A program made the position numbers and the translations under genes. The notes beneath the pieces were generated by a model. The model did no database searches. It saw only the letters and a list, made by a program, of their open reading frames with translations, and had not been told where the DNA came from. Positions 51,025 to 61,694 of a stretch of DNA of 64,000 nt are shown here, piece after piece. The DNA lies in contig DVKT01000032.1 in the NCBI GenBank assembly GCA_018715885.1, positions 14,307 to 78,306 on the forward strand. The letters run 5' to 3'. Source of the stretch: Candidatus Caccoplasma intestinavium. GTDB lineage: Bacteria; Bacteroidota; Bacteroidia; Bacteroidales; UBA11471. How positions within the stretch are numbered: the first letter of the stretch is position 1; every line of letters starts with the position of its first letter.

Positions 51025-52179
51025 ATGAAAAAATTATCTGTCCTTTTCTTGGGAATGGTGTTGCTTGCCGGTTGTGGGGAAACATCATCGACCCGAAAGC
51101 CCGAAAAAGAAGATGTCTTGAAATCTCTTCGTTTGGCCAACGATTATTTTATGGAGAAGTGGAGCGATCCCGGAGAGGCGATTCCCTATCCTTCGCGTAA
51201 ACGCAATTATGAAACCAACGTATGGACTCGTGCCTATTATTACGAGGGGCTTATCGATTTGTGGGAAATCGACCCGCAACAACGTTATCTCGACTATGCA
51301 CTGGAATGGGGAAACAAGCATGATTGGAAACTTCGCGGAACTAAAAACGGGTGGAAGACCCGTAATGCCGACAATCAATGTGCCGGTCAGGCTTATCTCT
51401 ATCTTTATCAGCTCGACCCCGAGAAACCCGAGCGGTATATCGTCAACATCAAAACCTCTATCGATTCGATGATGATTACCGATAAGATCGATGATTGGCA
51501 CTGGATCGATGCCGTGCAAATGGCGATGCCTATTTTTGCCCAGTTGGGAAATATTACAGGTGATACGGCTTATTACGAACGGGCTTATGAAATGTATAAT
51601 TATACCAAGACCCGTCATGGTGCCAATGGCCTTTATAATCCCGAAGACCGGTTGTGGTGGCGCGATGGCGATTTCGATCCCCCTTACAAGGAACCTAACG
51701 GAAAAGATTGCTATTGGTCGCGCGGTAATGGATGGATTGTCGTCGCTATGGTGCGTATGCTCGAACTGCTTCCCGAGGACGAACCGCATCGCGCCGAGTA
51801 CGCAAAAATGCTTGTGGATATGTGCGGGGCGTTGAAAGAGGTACAGCGCGAAGACGGATTTTGGAATGTCAGCCTGCACGATCCCGATAATTATGGAGGC
51901 AAGGAACTCACCGGGACGGCCATGTTTATATATGGTATGGCTTATGGGGTAAATACCGGTCTGCTCGATGCCGCTCAGTATGAGCCGGTGATTTATAAGG
52001 CCTGGAATGCAATGGTGAAGGATTGTCTTCACCCCAATGGATTTTTGGGCTATGTGCAAGGATCGGGTAAAGAACCCAAAGAAGCACAGCCTGTTACTTA
52101 CGATCGGGAACCCGATTTCGATGATTTCGGGTTGGGAGCTTTCCTGATGGCTGGAACAGAAATTTATAAAATGAAATAG
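51025..52179 (+). CDS. GH105/GH88-type unsaturated glycuronyl hydrolase, lipoprotein
   Basis: LLAGC lipobox; NADNQCAGQ, WIDAVQMAMP, WSRGNGW and ELTGTA motifs. Confidence 0.85.
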   Translation: MKKLSVLFLGMVLLAGCGETSSTRKPEKEDVLKSLRLANDYFMEKWSDPGEAIPYPSRKRNYETNVWTRAYYYEGLIDLWEIDPQQRYLDYALEWGNKHDWKLRGTKNGWKTRNADNQCAGQAYLYLYQLDPEKPERYIVNIKTSIDSMMITDKIDDWHWIDAVQMAMPIFAQLGNITGDTAYYERAYEMYNYTKTRHGANGLYNPEDRLWWRDGDFDPPYKEPNGKDCYWSRGNGWIVVAMVRMLELLPEDEPHRAEYAKMLVDMCGALKEVQREDGFWNVSLHDPDNYGGKELTGTAMFIYGMAYGVNTGLLDAAQYEPVIYKAWNAMVKDCLHPNGFLGYVQGSGKEPKEAQPVTYDREPDFDDFGLGAFLMAGTEIYKMK

Positions 52180-52198
52180 GAATATTTTCTACAAGCGA

Positions 52199-52247
52199 AT
52201 TATAAAAGCGGGAGGGAACATAAATGAATCCCTCCCGCTTTTATAAT
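52199..52247. terminator. 19-bp inverted repeat, bidirectional terminator
   Basis: attataaaagcgggaggga ... tccctcccgcttttataat. Confidence 0.85.
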
Positions 52248-52261
52248 CAAACCTATTTGTA

Positions 52262-52933
52262 TCAAATGGATATTCTTTCGGGTAATATCCGACGCAACAT
52301 ATGACGGGTCATGATTTTCCGGCTTAGGAAACTGACGATATAGCCCGTAATGCAAGCAGCTATGACAGTACCTTCACGTATCCCTTCGACTTTGTGTGCG
52401 AGAAGCAACGAAAGCAGAAATGCCAATGTTACGAGCGAGATGTCGAATCGTACCTTCAACTTCCCAAAGTCTTTGTTGTACCGTCGGGCAGCGTAGCTGA
52501 CAAAACCCTCGGCGCTCATCATGGCCACTCTGGGTTTTATTTCCAGCACTACACCTATGGCTTGTACAAGGCAGCCTGCCAATAGCAGGATAATGGCCGT
52601 TATGTAGTGAGTGGGCTGTATTGCAGCTGTTAGGTTCATATTCAGGTCGATAAAAAGTCCGAAGAGAAAAGAAAACGGTATTTGTAGCAATATCTCTATG
52701 GTATTGCGGCGATTCAGGCAATCGCGGACAAACCAGAATTGTCCGGCGATGAGTAGGAGGTTTATCAGAAATGTCCATGTACCTAAGGAGAAAGAAGTAT
52801 TCAGGCTCAATACATAATTGATGCTTGAAATCGGTGTTGTCCCGAGAGTGGATCTTAGAATGAGAACGATACCAGTGGCAAGAAAATAAAGTCCGATAAT
52901 AAAAAGCAGGTATTTTTCGAGAAGTTTTTTCAT
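52262..52933 (-). CDS. YczE/YitT-like membrane protein
   Basis: LGTTPISS, QIPFSFLFG.FID and GIREGT motifs; TATATTTG at 52953-52960 supports the MKKLLE start. Confidence 0.8.
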   Translation of the reverse strand: MKKLLEKYLLFIIGLYFLATGIVLILRSTLGTTPISSINYVLSLNTSFSLGTWTFLINLLLIAGQFWFVRDCLNRRNTIEILLQIPFSFLFGLFIDLNMNLTAAIQPTHYITAIILLLAGCLVQAIGVVLEIKPRVAMMSAEGFVSYAARRYNKDFGKLKVRFDISLVTLAFLLSLLLAHKVEGIREGTVIAACITGYIVSFLSRKIMTRHMLRRILPERISI

Positions 52934-53010
52934 AGAAAAATTTTTTGCGGTGCAAATATACGCATAAAAGTTATTCGGTATTATATAGGTATATTTGATG
53001 ATGTCCCTTT

Positions 53011-53315
53011 TTAAGATAAGATGAAAGACTGTATGCCGGGAATATTGCAAACAGGTAATTCTGCCAGTCCCCCCCAAGAGAAAGATTTCAAAGACCCAAT
53101 AATAAGTAAAGCAAGTAGGTGATTATGGTTATCGTCTGAAAGATGAGTACTGTACGTGTTGCTCCGATTACAGTAACGGCATTCGTATAGAAGATGTAGC
53201 CGTGAAAGGAGAAAATGCAATTTAGAGGCATAATAACAAACGGTAATCGCGCTATTTCTCCGACGACAGTACTTGTAGAATATATGCCGATAAGAAGCCA
53301 TGTTATCGCGTACAT
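53011..53315 (-). pseudogene. Probable degraded C-terminal fragment of a MATE-family transporter
   Basis: IGIYS...ARLPFVIM.LN...GY...NAVT.IGATRTVLIFQ..TII.YLLYL resembles the last helices of a MATE transporter; ...GIQSFI continues in another frame; no N-terminal part. Confidence 0.45.
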
Positions 53316-53425
53316 AAAAATTTTATGTTTGTTTTTTCGTATAATGATTATATCTTTGTCGGGAGAGATATCCCATAATAAAATGCTTTTTACGGGCTCT
53401 CTTGTAAATAACCGTTGAAATAACC

Positions 53426-54718
53426 ATGAACGAGATTCTCATCATTATTTTTCTTATTTTGCTGAATGGTCTTTTTTCCATGTCGGAGATTGCTGTAATA
53501 TCGGCTCGTAAATCGAGTCTTGCGTCCGAAGAAAAAAAAGGAAGCAAGGCGGCAACCACGGCGTTGAAGTTGGCTTGTCAGCCCGAGAAATTTTTGTCGA
53601 CCGTACAAATAGGTATTACCCTCATCGGCATTCTTACCGGTATATATTCGGGTGCGACGCTTTCGGAAGATTTCGGGAAACTTCTGTTGGAATGGCATGT
53701 GCCGGCTGTGTATGCCCGACCGTTGGCCCAAACGATTATCGTTATACTTGTAACTTACTTTACAATAATATTCGGAGAATTGGTCCCGAAACGTATCGGC
53801 ATGAGTTCGGCCGAACGCATATCGAAATTCATTGCGCCGTTTATGTATTTTATCTCGGTCATCGCCGCGCCTTTTGTGTGGATATTGGCCAAGAGTACGA
53901 CAGCGATTTTCAGTCTGTTGGGTATCAAAGACGGCGGTAGCCGGGTAACCGAAGATGAAATAAAATCGATCATACAAGAGGGTGCCGAAGACGGTGAAGT
54001 GCAGGAAGTAGAGCAGGATATTATGGAAAGGGCGCTCATCTTGGGCGACTTGAAAGTGAATGCTTTGATGACTTATCGGGCCGATATGGTTGCTCTCGAC
54101 GTAAGTATGGGTAGGGAAGAGGTGAAAGCCGTTGTACGCGATACCGTACATGAAATGTATCCTGTTGTCGATCGTTCTTTCGATGATGTGAAGGGGGTTG
54201 TTTCTCTTAAAAGTTTGGTATTCCATCTCGATGATGAAAATTTCGATTTTCATTCGGTGATTGTTCCGGCAACGTTTTTCCACGAGACCATGAGTGTATA
54301 CGATGCACTTGCGCAGATGAAGGAAAAACGCATCAGTCAGGCTCTGATTTGCGACGAGTTCGGTTGTTGTCAGGGAATCATCACATTGAGGGATATTCTC
54401 GAAGGATTGGTCGGTTCGATAGAAAGCCCTCACGAAGAACCCGATATCGTGAAGCGGGCCGATTCGGAAAGTTGGTTGGTCGACGGACGTTGTTCGTTTT
54501 ATGATTTTCTCACTTATTTCGATCAGGAAGAGCTATATGAGCAAGGTAGTTATAATACGATTAGCGGTCTTTTGCTCGATCTTTTGGAGCATATTCCACA
54601 TGCCGGAGAAAAAGTGCGTTGGAACGGTTTTTCGTTCGAGGTTGTCGATATGGACGGTGCCCGTATCGATAAGGTGCTTGTAGAACGTACCGAACCCGAT
54701 TTCACTTCCGATGAGTGA
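53426..54718 (+). CDS. Hemolysin-family/CNNM (TlyC/CorC-like) DUF21-CBS-CorC protein
   Basis: NGLFSMSEIA, FLSTVQIGIT, GELVPKRI, DEFG...GIITL.DILE and VVDMDG.RIDKV motifs; TATCTTTG at 53351-53358. Confidence 0.92.
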   Translation: MNEILIIIFLILLNGLFSMSEIAVISARKSSLASEEKKGSKAATTALKLACQPEKFLSTVQIGITLIGILTGIYSGATLSEDFGKLLLEWHVPAVYARPLAQTIIVILVTYFTIIFGELVPKRIGMSSAERISKFIAPFMYFISVIAAPFVWILAKSTTAIFSLLGIKDGGSRVTEDEIKSIIQEGAEDGEVQEVEQDIMERALILGDLKVNALMTYRADMVALDVSMGREEVKAVVRDTVHEMYPVVDRSFDDVKGVVSLKSLVFHLDDENFDFHSVIVPATFFHETMSVYDALAQMKEKRISQALICDEFGCCQGIITLRDILEGLVGSIESPHEEPDIVKRADSESWLVDGRCSFYDFLTYFDQEELYEQGSYNTISGLLLDLLEHIPHAGEKVRWNGFSFEVVDMDGARIDKVLVERTEPDFTSDE

Positions 54719-54737
54719 TTCATGGCTGCTTTTGAGT

Positions 54738-54784
54738 AAGAAATAGAAATAGCGACAAATTTTTTGTCGCTATTTCTATTTCTT
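54738..54784. terminator. 22-bp perfect inverted repeat, bidirectional terminator
   Basis: aagaaatagaaatagcgacaaa ttt tttgtcgctatttctatttctt. Confidence 0.8.
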
Positions 54785-54834
54785 GCAGAATTGGTTTTCT
54801 AAAAACGTATTTTTTACATCATGGATTTTAATCC

Positions 54835-56436
54835 CTATTTAATTTCTTTGATACGTAACAATATATACGGTTTTCCCGGCAATGCAATGCCTTGTCTGTG
54901 TTTATCTTTTATTCGGTAATCGTTTACTTTATCTGTTTCGAAAATTGTTGGGCATTTATCGATAGTCATATTCCATGTATCGATAATTTCAGCTTTGAAT
55001 TTTCTTCCTGCATGTAATTTGGGATAAGAAGCATTTTTTTGCGGTAAATTAAATTCCCAATAAGTAGGAGCTTCTGTTCCGAAGTACACCAAGTAATATC
55101 CATCTCCGGCGGTACTGATTTGATCGTCTCGACTAATATCGGCGGCCTCCAATGGATTGGGTAAATCTGTAAGGATATTTCGCATGAATCCGATTCGTTT
55201 CCAACTTTCACCTCGCCATGAGCCTCCTTTTGCCCAAAAAATGGTATCGTAGTCTCCGGCTTTGTATTGGTAACATTCTCCATGAGTAACGTAGCAACCC
55301 ATTAAGATTCCGTTCCACATGGTGTTTATCATCTCTTCTCCGCTTATACGCCCCCAGCGGTAAGGCAGATTACCTTCATAGCGTACTTCATCGAGTACTA
55401 CCGGTATTTTATAGATGCTCCAAAGAATACCTGCTCTTCCTTGTTGTATGACAGGTGCTTCATCTTGAATACTGGTGTGCGTCAGGCCTTCTCGCTCATA
55501 AGGAAAGTAAGTTGCCGTAGAACCGTGAATAGAAACTAAATGTCGGTACGGGTCGTTCTTTTTTACCGCGGCGATAAGTTGGCACCATTCGTCTTCGGAT
55601 TTTTGCTTTACAAGATCGTATTCATTGGCGAGTGACCACCATACATTATGGAAACTGGAAAGCCTTGCTTGAAGATACTGCAAGTAACGTAGGTTTACTT
55701 CCATAGGCATGCTATCGAATCCCCAATAACCCTTGTCATAGGGATGGAAGAGTATAAGGTCTGCTTCGCACCCGAAACTTGCAAGAGAATCGATCATATT
55801 TTCCAGATGATGAAAAAATGCGGGATTGAAACGTTCGTAGTCAAAAGTCATGCCCGATTTCTTTGCATTAGGGTTGGGATTGGCTGTTCCTGAGGAAACA
55901 AACGGGTACATTTCCGGTAGTTCACGACAGAGTGCGTAATGCTTCGGAAAGACGCACATTCTTACTTTATTGAATTGGGCCAGTCGCAATTGTTGGATAG
56001 TTTGATTGACTATTTCGTGCGTCATGTGAATCCATGCATAGGCTGTCGTACCTATGGGGATATACGGTGTACTGTCGGCATAGCAGAAATGGCGGTCTAC
56101 TGCTATGACCGGCCCATGCTGTTGTGGTGTGATTTCACATGTCAGTTTTCCTTTTTTGCCATTTAATCGTTTGTCGTTGCTGTGGGTAACATATCTCCAT
56201 TCGCCGGTTTGAGGAGGCATGAATCGAATGATGTATTTCCCGTCGCCGTCATAGAATCCTGTAACTCGAATGGTATCTTTTCCCGTTTGCCAGAAATCGG
56301 CACTTAGGTTTATCTCCATAAATGGGTTGCCGGTAGAGGTCCCTTTTAGTTTTATTTCGTATCGACCCCATTGGGGTACGGAGGCAAGAATGAATCCGGG
56401 TAAAAGTAAAAGTGTGAATATCAATAGTCTTTTCAT
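54835..56436 (-). CDS. DUF5060/DUF4038/DUF5605-type putative glycoside hydrolase
   Basis: Signal peptide; GFYDGDG.Y.IRFMP, GTTAYAW, WWSLANEYD and DEVRYEG motifs. Confidence 0.78.
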   Translation of the reverse strand: MKRLLIFTLLLLPGFILASVPQWGRYEIKLKGTSTGNPFMEINLSADFWQTGKDTIRVTGFYDGDGKYIIRFMPPQTGEWRYVTHSNDKRLNGKKGKLTCEITPQQHGPVIAVDRHFCYADSTPYIPIGTTAYAWIHMTHEIVNQTIQQLRLAQFNKVRMCVFPKHYALCRELPEMYPFVSSGTANPNPNAKKSGMTFDYERFNPAFFHHLENMIDSLASFGCEADLILFHPYDKGYWGFDSMPMEVNLRYLQYLQARLSSFHNVWWSLANEYDLVKQKSEDEWCQLIAAVKKNDPYRHLVSIHGSTATYFPYEREGLTHTSIQDEAPVIQQGRAGILWSIYKIPVVLDEVRYEGNLPYRWGRISGEEMINTMWNGILMGCYVTHGECYQYKAGDYDTIFWAKGGSWRGESWKRIGFMRNILTDLPNPLEAADISRDDQISTAGDGYYLVYFGTEAPTYWEFNLPQKNASYPKLHAGRKFKAEIIDTWNMTIDKCPTIFETDKVNDYRIKDKHRQGIALPGKPYILLRIKEIK

Positions 56437-58331
56437 AATTTATCAGAGTTTGTATTTTGTTCTACAATTTGGCCGGCTGCATTATACAATGTCCCGTCTT
56501 TGATAATCAATAGTTGACCGTTTTGGAGAAGTTTTTTTACATTGTTTTGCTTGTTTTCGTTTAATGTATTGTCTATTCCGCTGGTCGAGTCTTTGCTGTA
56601 AAGTGTGATAGCCAATCCGCATTGCTTGCCATTTATGATAAATTCGATTGTCCCCTGCACGGGTTGTTCCGAAAAGTCAAAAGTGTGGGAAGTCAACGTT
56701 GCGTTACCGGCTGCGTCTTTGGCCGGAAATACATATTCGGTACTGTTGTAATTCGTGCCGTTGAGGGTGCTGATGTAAGCGTCTGCATCGGCATAGTTGT
56801 CATAGCCATAGAATTTGATTTTATTCACGGTAAGACCTTTGGGTAGTTGGATCGTATATTTTACACCGGCCGAATATTTGATGCTTTTGATCGAAGAGAG
56901 TCCTGTTGCATATCCTTTACCTTTGTCATTGGAAATGCTGATTCCGCCTGAAAAGTTATAGGTTATGGTGGGGTCTCCTGTTGTGGAGCCGGTATATGTT
57001 TCCGTGGTCAATGGATAGGTGGTGTATCCGGCCGATTCTTCTTGGTCTTTGATTCGTTGCAGCCATGCCGGATACTCGACATTGATAACGTTCTGACACC
57101 AGTTTCCTAGGAATTGGTAGCTTGTGCGTCGAATGGCGTTCAGTGAAGTTACGACAGGGCAACCCTTATTATCGATTTCCGGCTCTGAATCTTCGTAATT
57201 GTAGAGGAAACGGTAATAGAGATGTTGATATTGGTCGTCATAAATAGCATAAATCGGCTGATAGGCCATTTCGGGCTTATACGACGTGGTAGCGATTTCA
57301 TATTCGGTGTAGGTATAGGTCTTGCCATTGGTCGTATAGGAACGTTTTTGGTTACGATTTTTCAACTTGGTGAAAAAGGCATTATAGATTTCTTCGCCAG
57401 TCTTTCCGCCAAGTTGTATGAAACGGCCCCAAATAGCGCTACCCGGTTTGTCGATGACCCGGCGGTCTTTTTCTCCGGCATCATTGGTGAAATCTTCCAG
57501 GGCTTTATCTTCGATTTTGTGAGCGTCGAGCCATTTAACAGCCGATGTAATGGTTGCTTGCAGTTCTTTCGACGGATTTTCGATCGTCATCAAGAAAGAG
57601 AGTAGATGGGCCGATTCACTCCCGCTGATAGAGGGCAGTTCATGGGGACGGCCTTCTACCGGCAACAATGTTTCCGGATCGTGTTGGGCGCACCATGCCG
57701 ACTTCGTCCCGTTATCGTCGACCTGACATTTGATGATGACTTCCAATCCTTTTTGGAAAGATACTTCGCATTTAGCTCGCATTTCGGCATCGACAAGGTT
57801 TTCGAAATCGCCTTTATTGTTGGCAATTTCTTGTAGAAGTTTCATTACATTTGTCATCAAGTCATCATTGAAAGTAAGGTAGTTATGATAGCTGCCATTG
57901 CTTGATAGGGGGTAATATTGAGACCAGCCTCCATGCGTCTTTTCTGCGATGAAAATCATATTCAACGCTTTGAGAAAAGCGGTTTTGTATTTTTCTATAC
58001 CGGTCTTTTGGTAGACTTTGGCAAGGAAGCGCATTTCCATCGTGGTAGCGGAGTTGTCCAAGCAAGATTGTTTGTTACGTTCGTTGTATAGCGTTTGTCT
58101 TTTTGCTGGTGTCAGTTTATGCAAATCTTCATTTTTCATCCAACCTCCGGAGGTTCTTTGTACATATATTACGTCGTCGGCAATTTTCTGGGCTTCTTCG
58201 GATCCGTACCATTCGGATTCCATTTTCCCCGAACATACTTGTCCCCAAGAGAGAGAAGATACATTTTGCGCTTGTAAGGAGAAAAAACTTCCTAATAAAA
58301 AAAGAGTTAATCCCCAAATTTTTCGTTTCAT
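56433..58331 (-). CDS. Pectate lyase family PL10 with C-terminal extension
   Basis: Q..SGGW.KN, LDNSAT, GGWSQYYP, TFNDD.M, WCAQHD and GRPHELPS motifs; start taken at MKRKIWG. Confidence 0.88.
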   Translation of the reverse strand: MKRKIWGLTLFLLGSFFSLQAQNVSSLSWGQVCSGKMESEWYGSEEAQKIADDVIYVQRTSGGWMKNEDLHKLTPAKRQTLYNERNKQSCLDNSATTMEMRFLAKVYQKTGIEKYKTAFLKALNMIFIAEKTHGGWSQYYPLSSNGSYHNYLTFNDDLMTNVMKLLQEIANNKGDFENLVDAEMRAKCEVSFQKGLEVIIKCQVDDNGTKSAWCAQHDPETLLPVEGRPHELPSISGSESAHLLSFLMTIENPSKELQATITSAVKWLDAHKIEDKALEDFTNDAGEKDRRVIDKPGSAIWGRFIQLGGKTGEEIYNAFFTKLKNRNQKRSYTTNGKTYTYTEYEIATTSYKPEMAYQPIYAIYDDQYQHLYYRFLYNYEDSEPEIDNKGCPVVTSLNAIRRTSYQFLGNWCQNVINVEYPAWLQRIKDQEESAGYTTYPLTTETYTGSTTGDPTITYNFSGGISISNDKGKGYATGLSSIKSIKYSAGVKYTIQLPKGLTVNKIKFYGYDNYADADAYISTLNGTNYNSTEYVFPAKDAAGNATLTSHTFDFSEQPVQGTIEFIINGKQCGLAITLYSKDSTSGIDNTLNENKQNNVKKLLQNGQLLIIKDGTLYNAAGQIVEQNTNSDKL

Positions 58332-58566
58332 GGTAAAAGATTTTAGATTTAAGTTTGTGAATAAATTATGATGTAAAGATATATTCATATTTTTTTCTAT
58401 ATCTTGAATATATGAATTATTTTTTTGTTATTTAACATGATTGTTCAGATGTTTGTTGTTTTTTGCGTTTGCTTGTTTATTAGCAGATTTTCCGCCGACG
58501 CAATCAAGCATCTTCCCCAAGAAGAAGGAGTTTTATTGGGGTAGACGTGGTATCTTTATGTATCGG

Positions 58567-58600
58567 AAAAAGGCGGCTTACATTTATGAGCCGCCTTTTG
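58567..58600 (-). terminator. Terminator of map
   Basis: aaaaggcggct ... agccgcctttt. Confidence 0.75.
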
Positions 58601-58617
58601 TTATAGAAGAGAGTAGA

Positions 58618-59475
58618 TCAGTATGTCAATATTTCGAGGCCGCTTTCGGTCATGAGGAACGTATGCTCCCATTGAGCCGAAGGTAATTCGTCTTCGCTGA
58701 CGACTGTCCAGCCGTCGTCTTCGTCGATGAAGACGTGCCAGTCCCCCATATTTATCATGGGTTCGATGGTAAAGACCATTCCCGGTACGAGCAACATACC
58801 CGTGCCTTTCCTGCCGAAATGGAGGACTTCGGGTTCTTCGTGGAAAGCAAGGCCTACCCCGTGTCCGCACAAATCGCGAACGACCGAGAATCCGTTTTTC
58901 TCGGCGTGTCGTTGTATGGCGTTTCCTATATCTCCTACGAACCCGAACGGCTTGGCTGCCTGCATACCTATTTCGAGGCACTCTTTTGTAACGCGTACCA
59001 GTTTCTCTTTTTCGGGTGTCGTTTTACCTATGATGAACATGCGGGAGGCATCGGAATAGTAGCCGTCGAGGATTGTCGATACATCGACATTGATGATATC
59101 GCCTTCTTTCAAAATTTCATCTTCGCTGGGTATTCCGTGGCATACCACCTCATTGATCGAAGTACACACGCTTTTGGGAAAACCTTCGTAATTGAGCGGA
59201 GCGGGAATTGCCCCATGAGATACTGTATAGTCATACACCAAACGGTCTATTTCGGCCGTCGACATACCGGCCCTTATTTCTTTTTCCACCAAGTCGAGTA
59301 CGCCGGTGTTTACAATTCCGCTGCGTCGTATACCTTCGATTTGTTCCGGCGTTTTTATCAGTTCGCGTTTAGGTACTAAACAACCGTGGTTTTGGAAATA
59401 TAAAACTTTTTTGTCGAGTTCGGTAAGGGGAACCCCTTTGGTAATTTTCCAGTTGTTGATAATTCTTCTGGGCAT
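58618..59475 (-). CDS. map: Type I methionine aminopeptidase
   Basis: CTSINEVVCHGIP, GDIINVD, CGHGVG, FTIEPM and SAQWEHT motifs; TACCTTTG at 59494-59501 favours the MPRRI start. Confidence 0.95.
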   Translation of the reverse strand: MPRRIINNWKITKGVPLTELDKKVLYFQNHGCLVPKRELIKTPEQIEGIRRSGIVNTGVLDLVEKEIRAGMSTAEIDRLVYDYTVSHGAIPAPLNYEGFPKSVCTSINEVVCHGIPSEDEILKEGDIINVDVSTILDGYYSDASRMFIIGKTTPEKEKLVRVTKECLEIGMQAAKPFGFVGDIGNAIQRHAEKNGFSVVRDLCGHGVGLAFHEEPEVLHFGRKGTGMLLVPGMVFTIEPMINMGDWHVFIDEDDGWTVVSEDELPSAQWEHTFLMTESGLEILTY

Positions 59476-59644
59476 AATCGCATGATTTATATACAAAGGT
59501 AGGAATTCATATTTTATGGTGTTCTTTTGGGGAGAGAAAATTTACAATTGTTTATTCACAATATGTTTTATTGCATTTAATATATAATTTTGCAACTCGA
59601 TAGTTGTAAGGTATAGGTGTGTATCGAAATATTTGAAAAACAAG

Positions 59645-60625
59645 ATGCCGGCAAAGAGGATAGAATTTATAGATTTGGCCAAAGGGTTGTGTATTTCTTT
59701 GGTTTTATTGTACCATATTCATGATTTTGAAACAAATGTAGAGAGGGCGTTACTTTTTTTCAGAATGCCGTTATATTATTTTTTGTCGGGTATTTTTTTC
59801 AAGGATTATTCTGGATTTATCGATTTTTCCATCAGGAAAATCAATAAGCTCATAGTTCCTTATTTATTCTTTTTTCTTGCGGGATATATCGCTGGAATGA
59901 TCGGTTATTTCTTGCACTTTTATGAAAAGGGAATTGTTGAAGAACCTTTCCGTTGGAATATGATTTTCGATGTATTTACTAAATTGGGTCGAGGAGAAAA
60001 TATCGGGTATAACGCACCTATCTGGTTTTTGATATCCTTGTTTGAGGTAAATATCATGTTTTATCTACTGAAAATCTTGATAAAGAATAATGCGGCTCTT
60101 CTTGTTGCATGTTTCTGCATAGGCCTTGTGGCTACGCTTTGGGTTGGAGCTTTACCCTATTTTGGAGATTATTCGTTAAAAGCTTTACCTTTTTTTGCCG
60201 GTGGATATATGGCGAAAAAATGGCTTATAAATCCGGTATGGAAGAAGAAAATCTATTTTTTAATCGCAGTTATTGGGTTTGCTTTCATATATTCATGTGC
60301 AATATTGCCTTTACACATACGAACATCTTTTATAGTTACTTGTCTAGCCGGATTTGTCGGAATTTTTATGATTCTTTCCATTTCACAAGTATTGCAAAAA
60401 CTTCCGTTGATATCATATATCGGTAGATATTCTTTGATTGTTTTAGGTTTTCATACGTTTTTAGTGGGACCTTTCAAAACCATTTATGCATTTGCCTCTC
60501 CTGTGGGGGCTTATGTGTTGACTTTTTTTTCTATTTTGATTCTTATGAGATGCGTTGTCATACCGATTTCCGTCAAAGTATTTCCGTTTTTTACGGCTCA
60601 AAAAGATCTTATCAAATGGCCTTGA
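59645..60625 (+). CDS. Acyltransferase family 3 membrane protein
   Basis: RIEFIDLAKG...LV..YH, FRMPL..FLSG, WFL..LF and IGRYSL motifs; AT-rich. Confidence 0.88.
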   Translation: MPAKRIEFIDLAKGLCISLVLLYHIHDFETNVERALLFFRMPLYYFLSGIFFKDYSGFIDFSIRKINKLIVPYLFFFLAGYIAGMIGYFLHFYEKGIVEEPFRWNMIFDVFTKLGRGENIGYNAPIWFLISLFEVNIMFYLLKILIKNNAALLVACFCIGLVATLWVGALPYFGDYSLKALPFFAGGYMAKKWLINPVWKKKIYFLIAVIGFAFIYSCAILPLHIRTSFIVTCLAGFVGIFMILSISQVLQKLPLISYIGRYSLIVLGFHTFLVGPFKTIYAFASPVGAYVLTFFSILILMRCVVIPISVKVFPFFTAQKDLIKWP

Positions 60626-60761
60626 TTATCGGAAACATAGTTTTATTGCAAAAATGAATAAGAATCTGTTTTTGTCATGAGAAGAAGAATAACGGATAAG
60701 AAAAATCTTGGAAATAATTTATTTTCTTATCTTTGTTTTTGTGTGCATCGTATTTTCTTCC

Positions 60762-61679
60762 ATGAAGAACAGAAATATATATTTGTCGCTTTTAGTCGGT
60801 TGGCTCTTGTTATGCACGGCTTGTTCGCCGCGCAAAGTGTATTTGTCGACATCGTTTCATGAACCGGCGACAGACGGCTTACGTTTTATTTACAGTTATG
60901 ACGGTTATCATTGGGATTCGATTCCGGGAATATGGCTCGAACCGGCAGTAGGAACTCAACGTGTGCTAAGGGATCCATCTCTCGTACAGGCTACCGACGG
61001 AGTATTTCATTTGGTGTGGACGTCGAGTTGGCGTAACGATTATGGCATAGGGTATGCATCTTCCCGGGATTTGGTGCATTGGTCGGAGCAGCGGCATATC
61101 GACCTTATGCAAGATTACGATACCCTTACACACAATGTGTGGGCTCCCGAACTTTTTTATGAATCTGTTACCGGAGAATATATGATAGCATGGGCTTCGG
61201 CCATACCCGGACGTTTCGATGGTACGCAGAGGCAATATTACACGGTAACTCGTGATTTTAAGAATTTTTCTCCGGTAAGGATTTTTTATGACCCCGGGTA
61301 TAATTCGATCGACGGCACGGTCATAAAACGGAGTGAGAATGATTATGTTTTGATTGTAAAAGATAATCGGAAACCCGGATTCAGTAATCTGCACGCCGCT
61401 TTCGGTACGTCTCCCGCAGGTCCGTGGAGAGATGAGACGGTCGCTTTTACTCCCGAGTGGGCCGAAGGGCCTACCTGCATTCGGGTAGGAGAGGATTATC
61501 TCATCTATTTCGACCTTTATCGACAATATCGTTATGGGGCGGTACGCACGCGGGATTTTAGACATTTCGAGGATATAACCGAGAGGATTTCTGTTCCGAA
61601 AGGGCATAAACACGGTACGGCTATCGTTGTCGATGAGTCGGTAGTAAAGCGGTTGTTACAAGAGGTAAAAAGAAAATAA
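60762..61679 (+). CDS. GH43-like five-bladed beta-propeller glycoside hydrolase, lipoprotein
   Basis: LRDPS, WAPE, SIDG and AEGP motifs; lipobox CTAC. Confidence 0.82.
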   Translation: MKNRNIYLSLLVGWLLLCTACSPRKVYLSTSFHEPATDGLRFIYSYDGYHWDSIPGIWLEPAVGTQRVLRDPSLVQATDGVFHLVWTSSWRNDYGIGYASSRDLVHWSEQRHIDLMQDYDTLTHNVWAPELFYESVTGEYMIAWASAIPGRFDGTQRQYYTVTRDFKNFSPVRIFYDPGYNSIDGTVIKRSENDYVLIVKDNRKPGFSNLHAAFGTSPAGPWRDETVAFTPEWAEGPTCIRVGEDYLIYFDLYRQYRYGAVRTRDFRHFEDITERISVPKGHKHGTAIVVDESVVKRLLQEVKRK

Positions 61680-61694
61680 GTTATTCAGAGAGAT

